The notes under the pieces are model-generated. The model ran no database searches and was not told the DNA's origin. It worked only from the letters and a program-made list of their open reading frames with translations. Of a DNA stretch of 64,000 bases, positions 26,305 to 38,035 are shown in pieces. Numbering within the stretch: position 1 is the stretch's first letter; each line of letters opens with the position of its first letter. The stretch spans positions 61,072,001-61,136,000 of the forward strand of contig NC_058382.1 of the NCBI RefSeq assembly GCF_018350175.1, written 5' to 3'. The stretch is from Felis catus. Taxonomy: Eukaryota. The position numbers and the translations under genes are program-made.

Positions 26305-27819
26305 TTAAAAAACCTTTTCAACAAACAAACCACGTGCAGTGTTTAATCTCCTCTTTTTTTCTCAGTGACACACCTCTGTGCTTTGCCATTTTGGATGAGT
26401 ATTTTTTGTAACTAGCTCGCCTGCAATTAATGGCCTTGACCAGGTAAGAAGTGTGGCTTCCGAAGTGCCATCTGTGACCAGCAGCTCCACTCCCTGGTTC
26501 CTCCTGCTCCCCATGTGCTGAAAACTAACCTGCCATTCACCATGTCTTCTGGTTCCCCACTTAACTGATCAAATCTCACAAAGTATCCTCTTGGTACTTA
26601 ACTGACCTAAGAAGACATCTAAATTGATTTGGGGCAGAGGGACAAGGCTGACCATCTCGATTCATTTCCTGACACTTACTCCCCCAGCAGGCAAAGCAGG
26701 CTGAAAGGGGGCTTCCATCCACACGCTCCAGTGGTTGGGGCCAAAAACGGCACTTGCCCTCTCCTCTGCTTGAAACTGTGAATTCGACATTCCTTTCCAA
26801 TTTTCCACTACAAAACCAGAACATCTCGGCCTAGATGAGGAGTAACCTCTCAGAGCCGGACGCTGAGACTGCTGCTGGGACTCATCGGCAATGTTTCAGT
26901 AGAAATTTAAAGATTACACAGAATATGCATTTTTATAAGTTCCTGCCTGCCTGCTCTCATGATGGGAAATCGAGCACAGTCGTCACAGGGTGTCCAACCC
27001 TCCTGCTCTTGGGTGTGAAACACGAGTCCATGGAGATCACGTGGGAAACACCCAGGCCAGCAAGTGGCCACAGCACAGACCCCACGATGTCTGAACCCTG
27101 GTCTCTCAGGCCACTCCACACTGTCTACACCAGGAGATGAGCACAGGTGGCCACTTCATTCTTTAAACGAGTGACTTCACTCTGTGTCCCCGCACTGGCT
27201 TGGCTCAGCAGTCTCTATTCAAAGCAGAGTTTTGAGACCCCTGCCCGGAAAGGCCTGCCTCCCCTCCTCCCACTCGCCCTCCCTGGGAAGGACAGCATGA
27301 CGGCCACGGAGCAGCAGGGAGGGAACACAGTACAGTTCCACGACAGCTGCCCCAACCCACAAAGCCTAATTATCTTTCCAAACAGCCCCAGAAGCCGCAA
27401 GGCAAGAGGAAGGAGTGAAGTTTGTTGTAAGCAGGCGCATCCAGGCTCTCAGGTCCTTGTGCGTCCTGAGAGCCCTGGGGTGCTGTTCTAGCTGGGCCAG
27501 TTCTGAGGCAGATGCCCAGCATCGCTGGGAAAGAGCTCTTCCCGGGACTGGACAGAGATGGTGTCTGAAGTACGGGCTGAGCCAGTGTCACCTGAAGGCC
27601 TTCCACGGAGGCCCTCAAAGGCACACCCGCGGCGGCTCGAAAGTACCGCGCAAGCTATTAAGTACCACGCCAAGGCTGCCTGTCACGGTTCGCGCAGCCA
27701 GTACGAACACGAGAACACCGAGGCCCTGGGTGCACGTCACTGGGTCCAATTCCTCTGACCCAGCCTCCTCTGCCACAGGCAGCTGTCCTCGTTCCCAGGA
27801 GGCACTTGCCGGTATTTTC

Positions 27820-28444
27820 TGCAAACCTTTTAAATGAAACATCTAGTTATCTTATTAGCAAAAATGGTTTCTTCTGGAATAACAGAGAATGGCCACCAGG
27901 ACTAACAGGCCAGGGCAAAACCACAGGCAATTCGAGGGAACGAAGCAGAGGCGGCTCTTTTATAGCAGAAGGTGGGAGGGAGGGTGGGGCTGTTGTAAAC
28001 TAAGAGTCCACTGGAGTAAACTGGGAGCTGGAGGTATAGCGGCTTCTCACTGGCTGGGCTGTGGCCGTCTCCCATTGGCTGGGCTCTAGCAGTCTCCCAT
28101 TGGCTGGGCTATGGCTGTCTCCCATTGGCTGGGCTCTAGCAGTCTCCCCTTGGCTGGCTATGGCCGTCTCCCATTGGCTGGGCTGTGACTGTCTCCATTG
28201 GCTGACCTGTGACACTCTTCCATTGGCTGACCTGTGACACTCTTCCATTGGCTGAACTGTGAGTTGTGACAGTCCCTCATTGGCTGGACTGTTACTGGGG
28301 GAGGAGGAAACCTCCCGACCTCCCGGTGGGTAGTAAAACAGTAAAGTGGAATCTGTAAGTGACAACCAGTGCTGGGCGCGAGAGCTCCCCCAGCTTGCCT
28401 CCCAACTCCATTGTAAATAAAATTTCCCTTTACTAATTTTCACA
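27820..28444 (-). mobile_element. Solo LTR (ERV1-like), same orientation as ANKRD11
   Basis: TG...CA termini on the minus strand, near-matching 4-bp flanks (tttc/tctc), CCAAT array, TATAAAA at 27964-27958, LTR-like U5 end. Confidence 0.7.
28045..28290. repeat. About 25-bp tandem repeat (about 10 units) carrying CCAAT boxes, within the LTR U3
   Basis: Unit like tctcccattggctgggctgtggcng; 8 perfect ATTGG plus 2 degenerate copies. Confidence 0.9.
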
Positions 28445-29624
28445 TCTCATTTTGCAAGCATCCAGCTAATTCCATGCAATCTGTCGCAGAGTGACTGTGG
28501 GCCCAAACCCCATCACGACGGCCCAAGGGACATTTCGTGCCAGCCCCTGGCCAAGTGCAGTGTCCTGTGCCCAGCAGTGGGCCTTTGTCCTGAAGGCCGC
28601 TGTTCTCAGGGCACCACCCCACATCTGGGAACCGCCCCCCCCCCCCCCCCCCCCCCCGCACCTGGCGGGTTAGCAGTGTCATCCCCGATACTGTGTTTTC
28701 TTTTCCATAAGACGTTGTGCACGATGACAGCCAAGACCACCTCGGCCACCTCACAGCCGTGGTTACAACCACCTCAATATTCAGAACTCGTCAGAAGCGT
28801 GAGGACCAGCATGATGGCCAGTTTCCTCAGGGCCTGGGAGCCCAGCACACTAGACTCATTTCTTTAAGGGGCGTCACGGGTTCACAAGGGTTGTCAGCTC
28901 CAGGGCTCAGATTTGCCACCGACGCATTCCAGCTTATTTTCTGGGAGAGCTGGATGCACTGGGTCAACCGTCCTGTCTTGTGCCTCACGGGACCCGCCTG
29001 GAACCTGGAGAGCCAAGGGGACCCGAGTCCTCCCTGGTGTTTCAATGACAAGCTAGCTGAGATCGTCTCAAACGCAGTCTTCTTCCATCTACCTGGTCAT
29101 CCCAACCCTCTCGTAGGCTGTCTGGTCTCCGTGCCATCCCACAGCCCCGTGACCAGTCCGCCTCTCCCTTGCTTGAAAGGGAAGGATGCAGACACGGTGA
29201 GACCACAGCAAGTCTCACCAGCACCACGACCCCTCCTAAGCCAGGCAGTGCCACACGTCAGAAGCTCAGCTCGCCGCTTCTTCCACGGATCCTCTCTGAG
29301 GGCAGAGGCCGCCACAATGCCACAGGCCTCCCTGCTCACTGCTGGGCATTCACTGCTCAACCCAAGAAGAGGCTGGGACCCCCGTCCCCACACAGTCATC
29401 ACAGTGGGGGCAATCTTTGTGGCTGGGGCGGGGGGTGGGGGGGCCTCCCTTCTAACAAGTTACAAGGCTACCTGAACCTGGGCTCTGGGGCTTTCTAACC
29501 AAATAACCCAATGGATGGCCGTCAAGTCTCAGACCCCGGAGGCAATCTGGCCATCCCTACTCAGACACGCCGTAAGTGCCAGTGTCAGAAGATGCCTGGT
29601 CCTCCTCAGAACCACGCATCCCTT

Positions 29625-29854
29625 GGGGCGCCTGGGTGGCGCAGTCGGTTAAGCGTCCGACTTCAGCCAGGTCACGATCTCGCGGTCCGTGAGTTCGAGC
29701 CCCGCGTCGTGCTCTGGGCTGATGGCTCGGAGCCTGGAGCCTGTTTCCGACTCTGTGTCTCCCTCTCTCTCTGCCCCTCCCCCGTTCATGCTCTGTCTCT
29801 CTCTGTCCCAAAAATAAATAAACGTTGAAAAAAAAAATTAGAAAAAAAAAAAAA
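29625..29854 (+). mobile_element. Young felid-type CAN-SINE with a perfect 15-bp TSD
   Basis: TSD agaaccacgcatccc at 29608-29622 and 29855-29869; CpGs intact; long polyA. Confidence 0.95.
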
Positions 29855-31642
29855 AGAACCACGCATCCCACAGCACTCTGGGACACACACGGACTGGACA
29901 CTGGGCACCCGAGCAGCAGTACGTCGGGAAACGTGTGCAGAGCAGCGGGAATGTGGGGTGAAGGGAGCACGGCTCCCTGCACGGGATGAGCTGCCGGGTG
30001 CAGGCATTTCCCACACCCCCAGCTGAAAAGCAGCTAGCTGCTCTGGCTTCGCAGGCTGTTGGGGGGCACGGAGACCACTCAGGAAAGCACTCAAGAGCTT
30101 CTGGAGCTGGGCGAGTCTTCTGAGAGACCCCGGCCCGTTCCCCGAAACAAAGGCACCGTGCCCACACCGCTGGCTCCAGGAATTTGCCAGTGATCTCGCG
30201 GCCATGTGTCGGAGCTCAAACAGAACATCCGCAGCCAGCTCCCTACCCAGGGGCACACGCAGGCTGGCAGAGGCCATTCGTCCCTGCACCTGTCCATGTT
30301 GTACTCGTGGCACACGGCCCACGGCGGCTCCACCTGCTGTCCCACCGGCAGGGTCTCTTCGCTGCTTGCCCCGGGACCCTGCACTGTGGGCTTGGAGACA
30401 CAGTCCGTTCAAGAGAGGTGGCAGGGCAGACATGACAAGAGCCCCGTACACAAGGGGGGCGACGAGGCGTATGCCTTCCCCAAGGTGCGCCCACCATTCA
30501 ACACGCACACACGGGGCCGTCTCAGTAGACACCTCCATGCGCTCTGCCGCCCCTTCTCAGAGCAGGATCTACCACAATCTGTCAACGTGGGCAGGAGACA
30601 CGATACACGTGACAGAGGCTCCCGCCGAGCCTGGGCCTGACACGGGGGACATAGCAGACACAGCGGCTATGCTTGCAGTTTAGCAAAAATCCAAGCATTT
30701 ACCCCGATCTCCTCTTTCCAAGGGACAAGCTGACAGCTAGCAACTGAAGGAAACCGGAAGACATGTTTACCGGCTTTGTGTGGACTGGGGCCGGAACGTG
30801 AGGGGACAGGCCACAGCCCATGAAAGCTGGCACAAGGCCTGTGGGCCCCACGTCCGCCAGACGGGCCAGAGCGGCTCTTGTGGGGCAAGGGCAGCGGCAC
30901 AGACACAGGCGACACTCGGCAGCAGCCAGGGCAGGCCCGCCGGCACCTACCTGAGCGACCTCGGGAAGGAGCGACGCAGCCAGGGCAGGTGCCCAAGGCA
31001 CGCGCGCTCACCCACGGGAGGGGGTTCGGAGAGCTCCGCTCGGAGACGGAGACGCACCGCAGAGCGGCAGATGGCCTCCAGGCGATCCTGGCTTTAGGAG
31101 AAGAGGGAAGTTCGAGGAGAGAGAATGAAAGACCCAAAAGGGATCCAAAGGCTGAGTTCTGGAGAACCGATACAAAAAGCCCACCGCCACACAGAGGCAA
31201 AGACAGTGCCAAGAAGTAGGAGAACAAACGGCCTAGGACAGGGCTCTTCAAACAGGAGGCGTGTGACGGAGGGCTGCCCGCACCGACTGGACTGGACTGG
31301 ACTTTGCCAAGTCCCCAGACGCGCGCCCACGGGGACGGGGGCTCGGGGGCAGAGCCAAGGCCGCCGGCAAAGGAGCGGGACAGGGACAGGCTAGGTCAGA
31401 ACTGTGCCTGGCAGCAATGGAGCCACAGTCCAGAGACTCAAACACCCAATTCAGCTACACTGTCCCCGGGGTAGGAGCACAGTGAAGCCAGCTTCGAGCA
31501 TACAGAAAAGCCAAGCTAACCGCCGCCCCTCTACCTTTCTGAGAAGAGGGCAGGAGGTCACACGGGTCACAAACCACAGCCCTAGGCCAAAGCCAGCCCT
31601 CTCCCGGCTCAGGTAAAAACTGAGAGCTAACAATGGGTTTCA

Positions 31643-31803
31643 GGGGCGCCTGGGGGGCTCAGTCAGTTGAACGTCCACCTGACTCTTGATCTCGGCTCAT
31701 GTCATGGTCTTGTGGTCATGAGATCGAGCCCTGTGTTGGGCTCTGTGCTGACAGGATGCATTCTCTCTCCCAAAATAAATAAACAACAACAACAACAACA
31801 AAA
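31643..31803 (+). mobile_element. CAN-SINE (internally deleted)
   Basis: ggggcgcctggggggctcagtc head, (aac)n tail. Confidence 0.85.
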
Positions 31804-31816
31804 GAATGGGTCTCAT

Positions 31817-32166
31817 ATTTTTTTTTAATTAAAAAAATTTTTTAACGTTTATTTTTTTTTTGAGAGAGAAAGACGGAGACAGAGTGTGAGCAGGGTAGGG
31901 GCAGAGAGAGGGAGACACAGAATCTGAAGCAGGTGCCAGCTGAGCTGTCAGCACAGAGCCCAACGCGGGCCTCAAACCCACAAATCATGCGATCATGACC
32001 CGATCTGAAGTCAGACGCCCAATCGACTGAGCCACCCAGGGGCCCCATCATTTTTTTTTTTTTTTAAGATTTTATTTTGAAGTAATCTCCTCACCCAATT
32101 TGGGGCTTGAACTCACAACCCCAAGATCAAGAGTGACACGCTCCACTGACGGACTCAGGTGCCCCG
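31817..32166 (-). mobile_element. Two adjacent CAN-SINEs (31817-32046 and a short older type 32051-32166)
   Basis: Two poly-T tails and two ...caggngcccc heads. Confidence 0.85.
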
Positions 32167-32849
32167 AGTTTCATATTTTAAACCTTCGGAGACAAAGAAA
32201 TTCAAATTTGTGACATACGAAAATCGCATGGAATTAGCATGTCCACGTCCATAAATCAAGTTTTATGGGACCGTGGCCGCGCCCAGGATGCGGTCCTGCC
32301 CCCGCCCCCCCGCCCCCGGGCGTCCGGTGCGATGGCCGTGCTGTCTGCAGCCCCTGAGGGAGGCTGTGAGGCCAACACTGCCTTTCCCTTGGAGCTGGCG
32401 GGGATGGGGTGCTGCCGCGCCCCAGGAGGAGGCGAGGTCCTCACACAACCGCAGTACAACAGCCACAACTGTCCTTGAGATCGAAACCACAATCGACAAC
32501 CTTAGTGACAAGACGCCAGCGGGCCTGGGGTGCGGCCCGACAGAGCCTCTGGGAGGGGCTGCCCATCGGGGGCTTGCCTGCCATTTCATGGGACACAGGC
32601 TTCGCCAGAAAGACTCTCAGACAAACGAAAAAGATAATACTTATTATTATCAAGAACTGGGTATCTGGCAGTTATCTTCTCAAAAATCAACCACCTGGAG
32701 TTACCACTTCAAGGAGAATGAACAGTAGCTGATTTGAGTTTCCAAGCGAAACCTGAGCTTAGGAAAACTGGTATTCACGTCCAGGAGCCCAATCCCAGTG
32801 TTTAAAGACATTTTAATGAGATTGGTGGTGACTAAAAGGTTACTTTTTA

Positions 32850-33059
32850 GGGGCGCTTGGGGGACCCCGTCGGTGAAGCATCCGACTTCGGCTCAGGTCA
32901 CGATCTCGCGGTTCGTGGGTTCCAGCCCCGCGTCGGGCTCTGTGCTGACGGCTCGGAGCCTGGAGCCTGTTTCAGATTCTGCGTCTCCCTCTCTCTCTCT
33001 GCCCCTCCCCTGCTTGGCTCAGTCTCTCTCTCTCAAAAATAAACAAACATTTAAAAAAA
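32850..33059 (+). mobile_element. CAN-SINE
   Basis: Full head, body and tail. Confidence 0.9.
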
Positions 33060-33494
33060 CCCAAGAAAAAAATGTTAAGGTTACTCGTTAAACAATGTGT
33101 AAGGAGACACGTCAACATTAGGGAGATCTGCATAGCTGAATGAATCAGCATTTTCCAAACAATCAATATGGGATATTACAGAATCCCACAAGGGAAGACC
33201 CACTAACACACAGAACGCAGCCATCATTCAGCAGTGCCAACACCAACCAGGAGGCTTTCCAGATCCTGTGACAAGGTCCCCAGATCGTCCCTTCTCATAT
33301 GGCCTGTCTGTGAGAGGGTGGATTATTTTCATACTTAAAAAAAATAGCAGGTAGACAAAACAAATGGCACTATTTTCACCAAATTTTTGTTGATTTTGTT
33401 TGTACAACAGTTACTTTTCAGGGAAAATTTGTATGTACTACTTTATTATTTTTAAGTGAGTTAACAATTTTAAATTTTCCTCAGTGATGCTTTC

Positions 33495-33729
33495 TTTTGC
33501 TTTTTGTTTTTTTCTTAATGGTTATTTTTGAGAGAGAGACAGAGACACAGAACACAAGCAGGGGAGGGACAGAGAGAGAGGGGGAGACGCAGAATCCGAA
33601 GCAGGCTCAAGGCTCCGAGCCGTCAGCACAGAGCCCGACGCGGGGCTGGAACCCACGAACCGCGAGATCGTGACCGAGCCGAAGTTGGAAGCTTTACCGA
33701 CGGAGCCCCCCACCCCCCCCAGGCGCCCC
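33495..33729 (-). mobile_element. CAN-SINE
   Basis: Full element in reverse orientation. Confidence 0.9.
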
Positions 33730-33749
33730 TCAGTTATACTTTTAAACAC

Positions 33750-35330
33750 AACACGTTAATACAATTTGAAAGCTATAACCCACATGACAAAGCTGTGCGG
33801 GTCCTCACTAATCCTAAGTGTTGTAAGGCAATCGGCCCAGCAAGTCTGAGAGCCTCTGCAGAATCTCAAGAGCAGAGGACGCTCTGCAGACAACAGACCT
33901 GCCCCTGCCCCAGGAGGGAAACCCAAACCACGAGGGACTGACATGCAGCCACAGAACAACTACTGAGCAGAAGCCCAAACTGTCCTAAGAAAGTAAGTGG
34001 AAAAGGTCTCTAAAAAAAGAAAGACAGAACTCATGCAAAATGTCTTTAAAAACAAAAGGAAAGAACCTCAGATTACATAAATACATATTAATAAACAAAA
34101 ATAAAGTCAAAGCCAAAAAGCTGGAGAGACAGTGTCAAAGTAGCATCGTGTGGACAAAAGTGTTGGCCAACAAGGCAGAGCTCTGTCCCCTCAGCAGACG
34201 CGGACTTATGACCACGGAGGCACCAGAAGGCAGGACAGGAGTGAAAGTCAGCTTTGTCCACCAGTGGCAAGGGACAGCAGGACATCTGCACAGAAAAATG
34301 TGACGATTCCCAACTTACACCATGCACAGAGATCCACTTCTAGACAGGCGATAGGTCCAAGTGTCAAAGGCACAGCCAGGAAGCTGCGGGGCAGAGGCAC
34401 AGAAGAATCCCATCACAGCTGCTTCCAGGAAAAGAAAGATCTTAAAACCAGAAGCATCAACCATGAAGGTAAGGTCTGAAAATTCTGACACTTTAAAAAC
34501 TCCTACAAATCACTAACAAAAATGCAAACCACCCAGTACAAAAATGGACACGAGGGGCACCTGGGTGGCTCAGTCGATTAAGTGTCTGGTTCCTGATTTC
34601 GACTCAGGTCACGATCTCACGGTTCATGGGATCGAGCCCCACCTTGGGCTGTGCACTGACAGGGCGGGGCCTGCTTGGGATTCTCATTCTCTCTCTTTCT
34701 CTCTCCCTTCCTGCCCCGACTGCATGCTCTCTCTAAAAGTAAATTAATTTGTAAAAAATGGACACGAGACTTAAGACACTTCACAAAAGAGGAAATCCAA
34801 AAGCCCGGGAAGTAGATGAGAAACTGATCAGCTGCTTCGGCAATCCAGAAATTCTGAACAACAATCAGAATACGGCATCGAGTGGCAGTGAAGACGTAAA
34901 GCAAAGGAAACGAACGGTTGCCTTCTGGTGGGCGCGTGAACCACGTGACTGCAGTGAGCCTGGACACACACGACCCAAGTGGACACGCGCCACAGCCACC
35001 GGCATCAGAGGCCACGCTGGCGCGGAACACGACACAGCAGCGACAACGTACAAATGACCCGAACGAGTCTCACAGATGATGCTGGGAAGAATCCCACTGT
35101 GTGTTCACCTAAGTGTCACACAACAGCAGCCTGCAGGGCCCAGGGACGCGACGCAGGCCCACGTACAAAGACCACTCAGAACTGAGGACGTGGTCCCCCT
35201 GCGCTGAGGGGCTCGGGGGAGTTTCCACACGTGCGCTTTCTGTGGCGAGTGAACTGCGCGTTTTTACTTTGTGGACGTTGGGTGGCATGCTATACTTCGC
35301 AGTAAGTACAAGTTTAAAAAGCTGGCTGTG
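33750..35330 (+). mobile_element. Degraded old L1 (L1M-type) fragments
   Basis: aaatcactaacaaaaatgcaaaccacccagtacaaaaatgg...agacacttcacaaaagagg and 3'UTR-like tail. Confidence 0.5.
34554..34753 (+). mobile_element. CAN-SINE inserted in an L1
   Basis: TSD aaaaatggacacgag on both sides. Confidence 0.9.
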
Positions 35331-36210
35331 TTTAAGACGCGGTGTGAGTGCCACCCAGGCCGGACTTTATAGACAGAAGGCGGGTGCCCTGACCTCGTTG
35401 CAGGGCCACCTCCTTCCCGTGGCCCTGGCCCCCAGGGAGGGCAGTGGAGTCACACGGAGGGCCGGGGGTGGCACCTCAAAGCTTCCCAGCTTGTGGAAGG
35501 CACAGAGCGCAGAGCAGAGAGCAGGGCGGAAACGAACCCTTGACACACCGCAGGTGCACGCATCTCCGGGTGGGAGGAGGAGACGGACTGAGAAAACAGG
35601 AGGCAAAACACCGTCTTCCACAGAAGGGCTAAGACACAGACTGACCATGATGGAAGAGGAGACTGACGTGGGCACGACAACCACGGAGCAAATAACGGCA
35701 GCGGGAGGAGGTCTGAGACACCCCCTGAGGCTGATCTGTGCGGACTGAAAGTGATGGAGGTGACCAAGGGAGAAGAGACACAAATGGAGAGAACGAGGAG
35801 GAGGAGGACCGGGCGCACTCGCACATCTCTGCTGGGGGCGCACACGAGGGTGGCTCTCCGGGACGGGACTGGGCTCGCCCTGCAGCGACAAGCACACATC
35901 GCCCGACAAGCCAGACATCCCACAGGCAAGGCCAGCAAACGGTGGCCTGGGAGATTCATGGCAGGGAGGGCAGGTCCCGGAACACGGAGCCCACCTGCCA
36001 GGAGCCTATCTCTACCCGAGCGGGACAGAAGGGGGAAGGTCTAGGACTCTGAGGTGACTTCCACAGTCCTGTCAGGTGGGGACAGCTGTGTCTGTGTTAA
36101 TAATAGATGCAGAATATGCGAGACTGGCTCAAACTGTGAAAATCCCCCAAATCAACAGACTAAAGCAGAAAACCATACAATCATTACTACTAATACAGAA
36201 AAGGTTGTGT

Positions 36211-36438
36211 TTTTGTTTTTTTTTTTTTTTGTTTTTTTTTTTAGTTTATCATTATTTTGAAAGAGAGAGAGAGAGCGCATGCGAGCGCAGGGGAGGGGCA
36301 GAGAGAGAGAATCCCAAGCAGGCTCCACACTGTCAGGACAGAGCTTGATGCAGGGCTCGAACTCAAGAACCGTGAGATCATGACCTAAGCTGAAATCAAA
36401 AGTCAGACACTTAACCAACTGAGCCCCCCAGGTGCCCC
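36211..36438 (-). mobile_element. CAN-SINE
   Basis: Poly-T, gagagaga, ...ccccccaggtgcccc. Confidence 0.9.
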
Positions 36439-36854
36439 TACAGAAAAAGTATCTAACACAATTCAGTGCTCCTGAGAAAACCTCTCAGCACAGGAAGAGA
36501 CAGGGAAAGACCTTCAATGTGAAAGCAAGCACCCACAACAGCTCCCAGCTCCCATCATTCGTGTGAAAAACGGAATGCTTGCTCCCCAAAATCAGGAACA
36601 AGGCAAGGATGTCCCCCGCCCACCCACCCAGCCACCACTGCTTTTGGACATCATACTGGAAGTAAGAGCCAGTGCAGTAAGGCAAGAAAAAGAAATTAAA
36701 AACATACAAATTGGAAAAGAAGAAATAAAACGTTCTGCTTGACGATGACATGATTGTCTATCTAGAAAACTGCAAGGAATCTCCAAAAATCCCTAGAAAT
36801 AATGAGTTCAGCAAAGCTGCAGAACACCAGATCAACACACAGATATCCCGTACT

Positions 36855-37134
36855 CAGCTGATGCTTGAACACAGATTTCTTCACAAGTAAATACAGTACG
36901 TTACTATACACACATTTTATCTTCTTTCTGACTTTCCTAATAACACTTTCTCCACCTTACTTCATTGTAGGAAGAGATAATATGTGTAACATGCAAAGCA
37001 TATGTTCGTCCCCTGGTCATGTTGCTGGTAAGGCTTCAGGTGGACAGTCAGCTAAGTCGTCAAGCTCTGAAGGAGTCGGGAGTTGCACGCGGGTGTTGGT
37101 GTCCACGACACCCACACTGCTCAAGAGTCAGCTG
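36855..37134. mobile_element. Tigger3-like (Tc1/mariner) MITE nested in an L1
   Basis: Imperfect TIRs cagctgatgcttgaaca / tgctcaagagtcagctg followed by TA; internal ggtaaggcttc motif. Confidence 0.65.
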
Positions 37135-37317
37135 TACTTCCCACAAAGCAGCAGCGAGTATGCAGAAACACAGCGCCACCCAAAATTGCTCTAAATAAAA
37201 ATGAAATACTTAGGTGTAAGTGTAAAAAAGAAAAACTATAAAAACCTGTGAAATTGTTAGGGGAAAATAAACACAGGAGAAAATCTCTGAGACCTGGGGC
37301 TAGGCAGAAAGTTCTAG

Positions 37318-37434
37318 CTTTTATTTTTTAAGATTTTACTTTTTTAAGTAATCTCTACACCCAACATGGAGCTCAAACCTATAAGTTCGAGATCAAGCGT
37401 CCCACACTCAGTCAGCTGAACCAGCCGGGCACCC
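37318..37434 (-). mobile_element. Short older CAN-SINE
   Basis: ttttaagtaatctctacacccaacatgg...gagatcaag...agccgggcaccc. Confidence 0.8.
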
Positions 37435-37904
37435 TGAGTCAAAATGTTTTTAGACAGGACCCCAAAAGCGCCCGTCCACAGAAGGAAAATGATAAACCAT
37501 ACAATATTAAAGCCTCGGTTCCCAGGTGAAAGATAAGCCGCCAATGTGCGAATCACCAAAGAGCTTATTAATAAACCACAATACAAACAGCAGCAAGCAG
37601 CAAACAATCCAACTGGAAAACGGACAAAGGACAGAAGACGCATTTTGCCAAAGAAGAGCCTGGAATGCCGCACGGTGGCTTTGCAGCCGTGTGCAGATGG
37701 AGGTCACCTACCAGGGTGTTTCCAGAACATTCTTCGGAAAACGACATGACACAGAAGTGTGAATATCAGGGGTCATCACACACACGTACCATCTCATGAA
37801 GGACGTTACTCTGTAAACACGTGCCTGGGGTGTGTGGAGGGCAGGGACGCACGCTGTTTTTCTCACAACAGGAAGCTGTCAGGACATTTCAGGAACGCTG
37901 GCCC

Positions 37905-38035
37905 AGCTGGTTAAGAACCCTGGGTCTGTGGTCAGATACGTCTAAATTTCTCAACCTATAAAATAAAGAAATAAAACCTCCTATTAAGAGCCTAGGACCA
38001 CGTCTGACTGGCCCAGCGCTCACTCAATGCTCCTC
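37905..38035 (+). mobile_element. MIR fragment
   Basis: ggttaagaaccctgggtctgtggtcaga...tttctcaacctataaaat. Confidence 0.4.

Larger units (their letters stand above)
31575..32290 (+). mobile_element. MER58-like hAT relic interrupted by three SINEs
   Basis: gagctaacaatggg ... tttgtgacatacgaaaat...gtccataaatcaagttttatgg. Confidence 0.45.
36100..37750 (+). mobile_element. Degraded L1 ORF2 including the RT motif (DDMIVYLEN at about 36743-36770), interrupted by SINEs and a Tigger
   Basis: aaatcaggaacaaggcaaggatgtcc...catcatactggaagt...gatgacatgattgtctatctagaaaac. Confidence 0.8.

Noticed and set aside
28045..28290. Regular repeats as a possible CRISPR array
   Set aside because: Eukaryotic DNA; units are contiguous without unique spacers and sit inside an LTR.
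26340..29400. Possible ERV internal sequence around the LTR
   Set aside because: No gag/pol/env motif could be recognised; left unassigned.
30091..30384. Protein-looking 97-aa minus-strand ORF as an upstream coding exon
   Set aside because: No convincing acceptor/donor pair and no recognisable homology.
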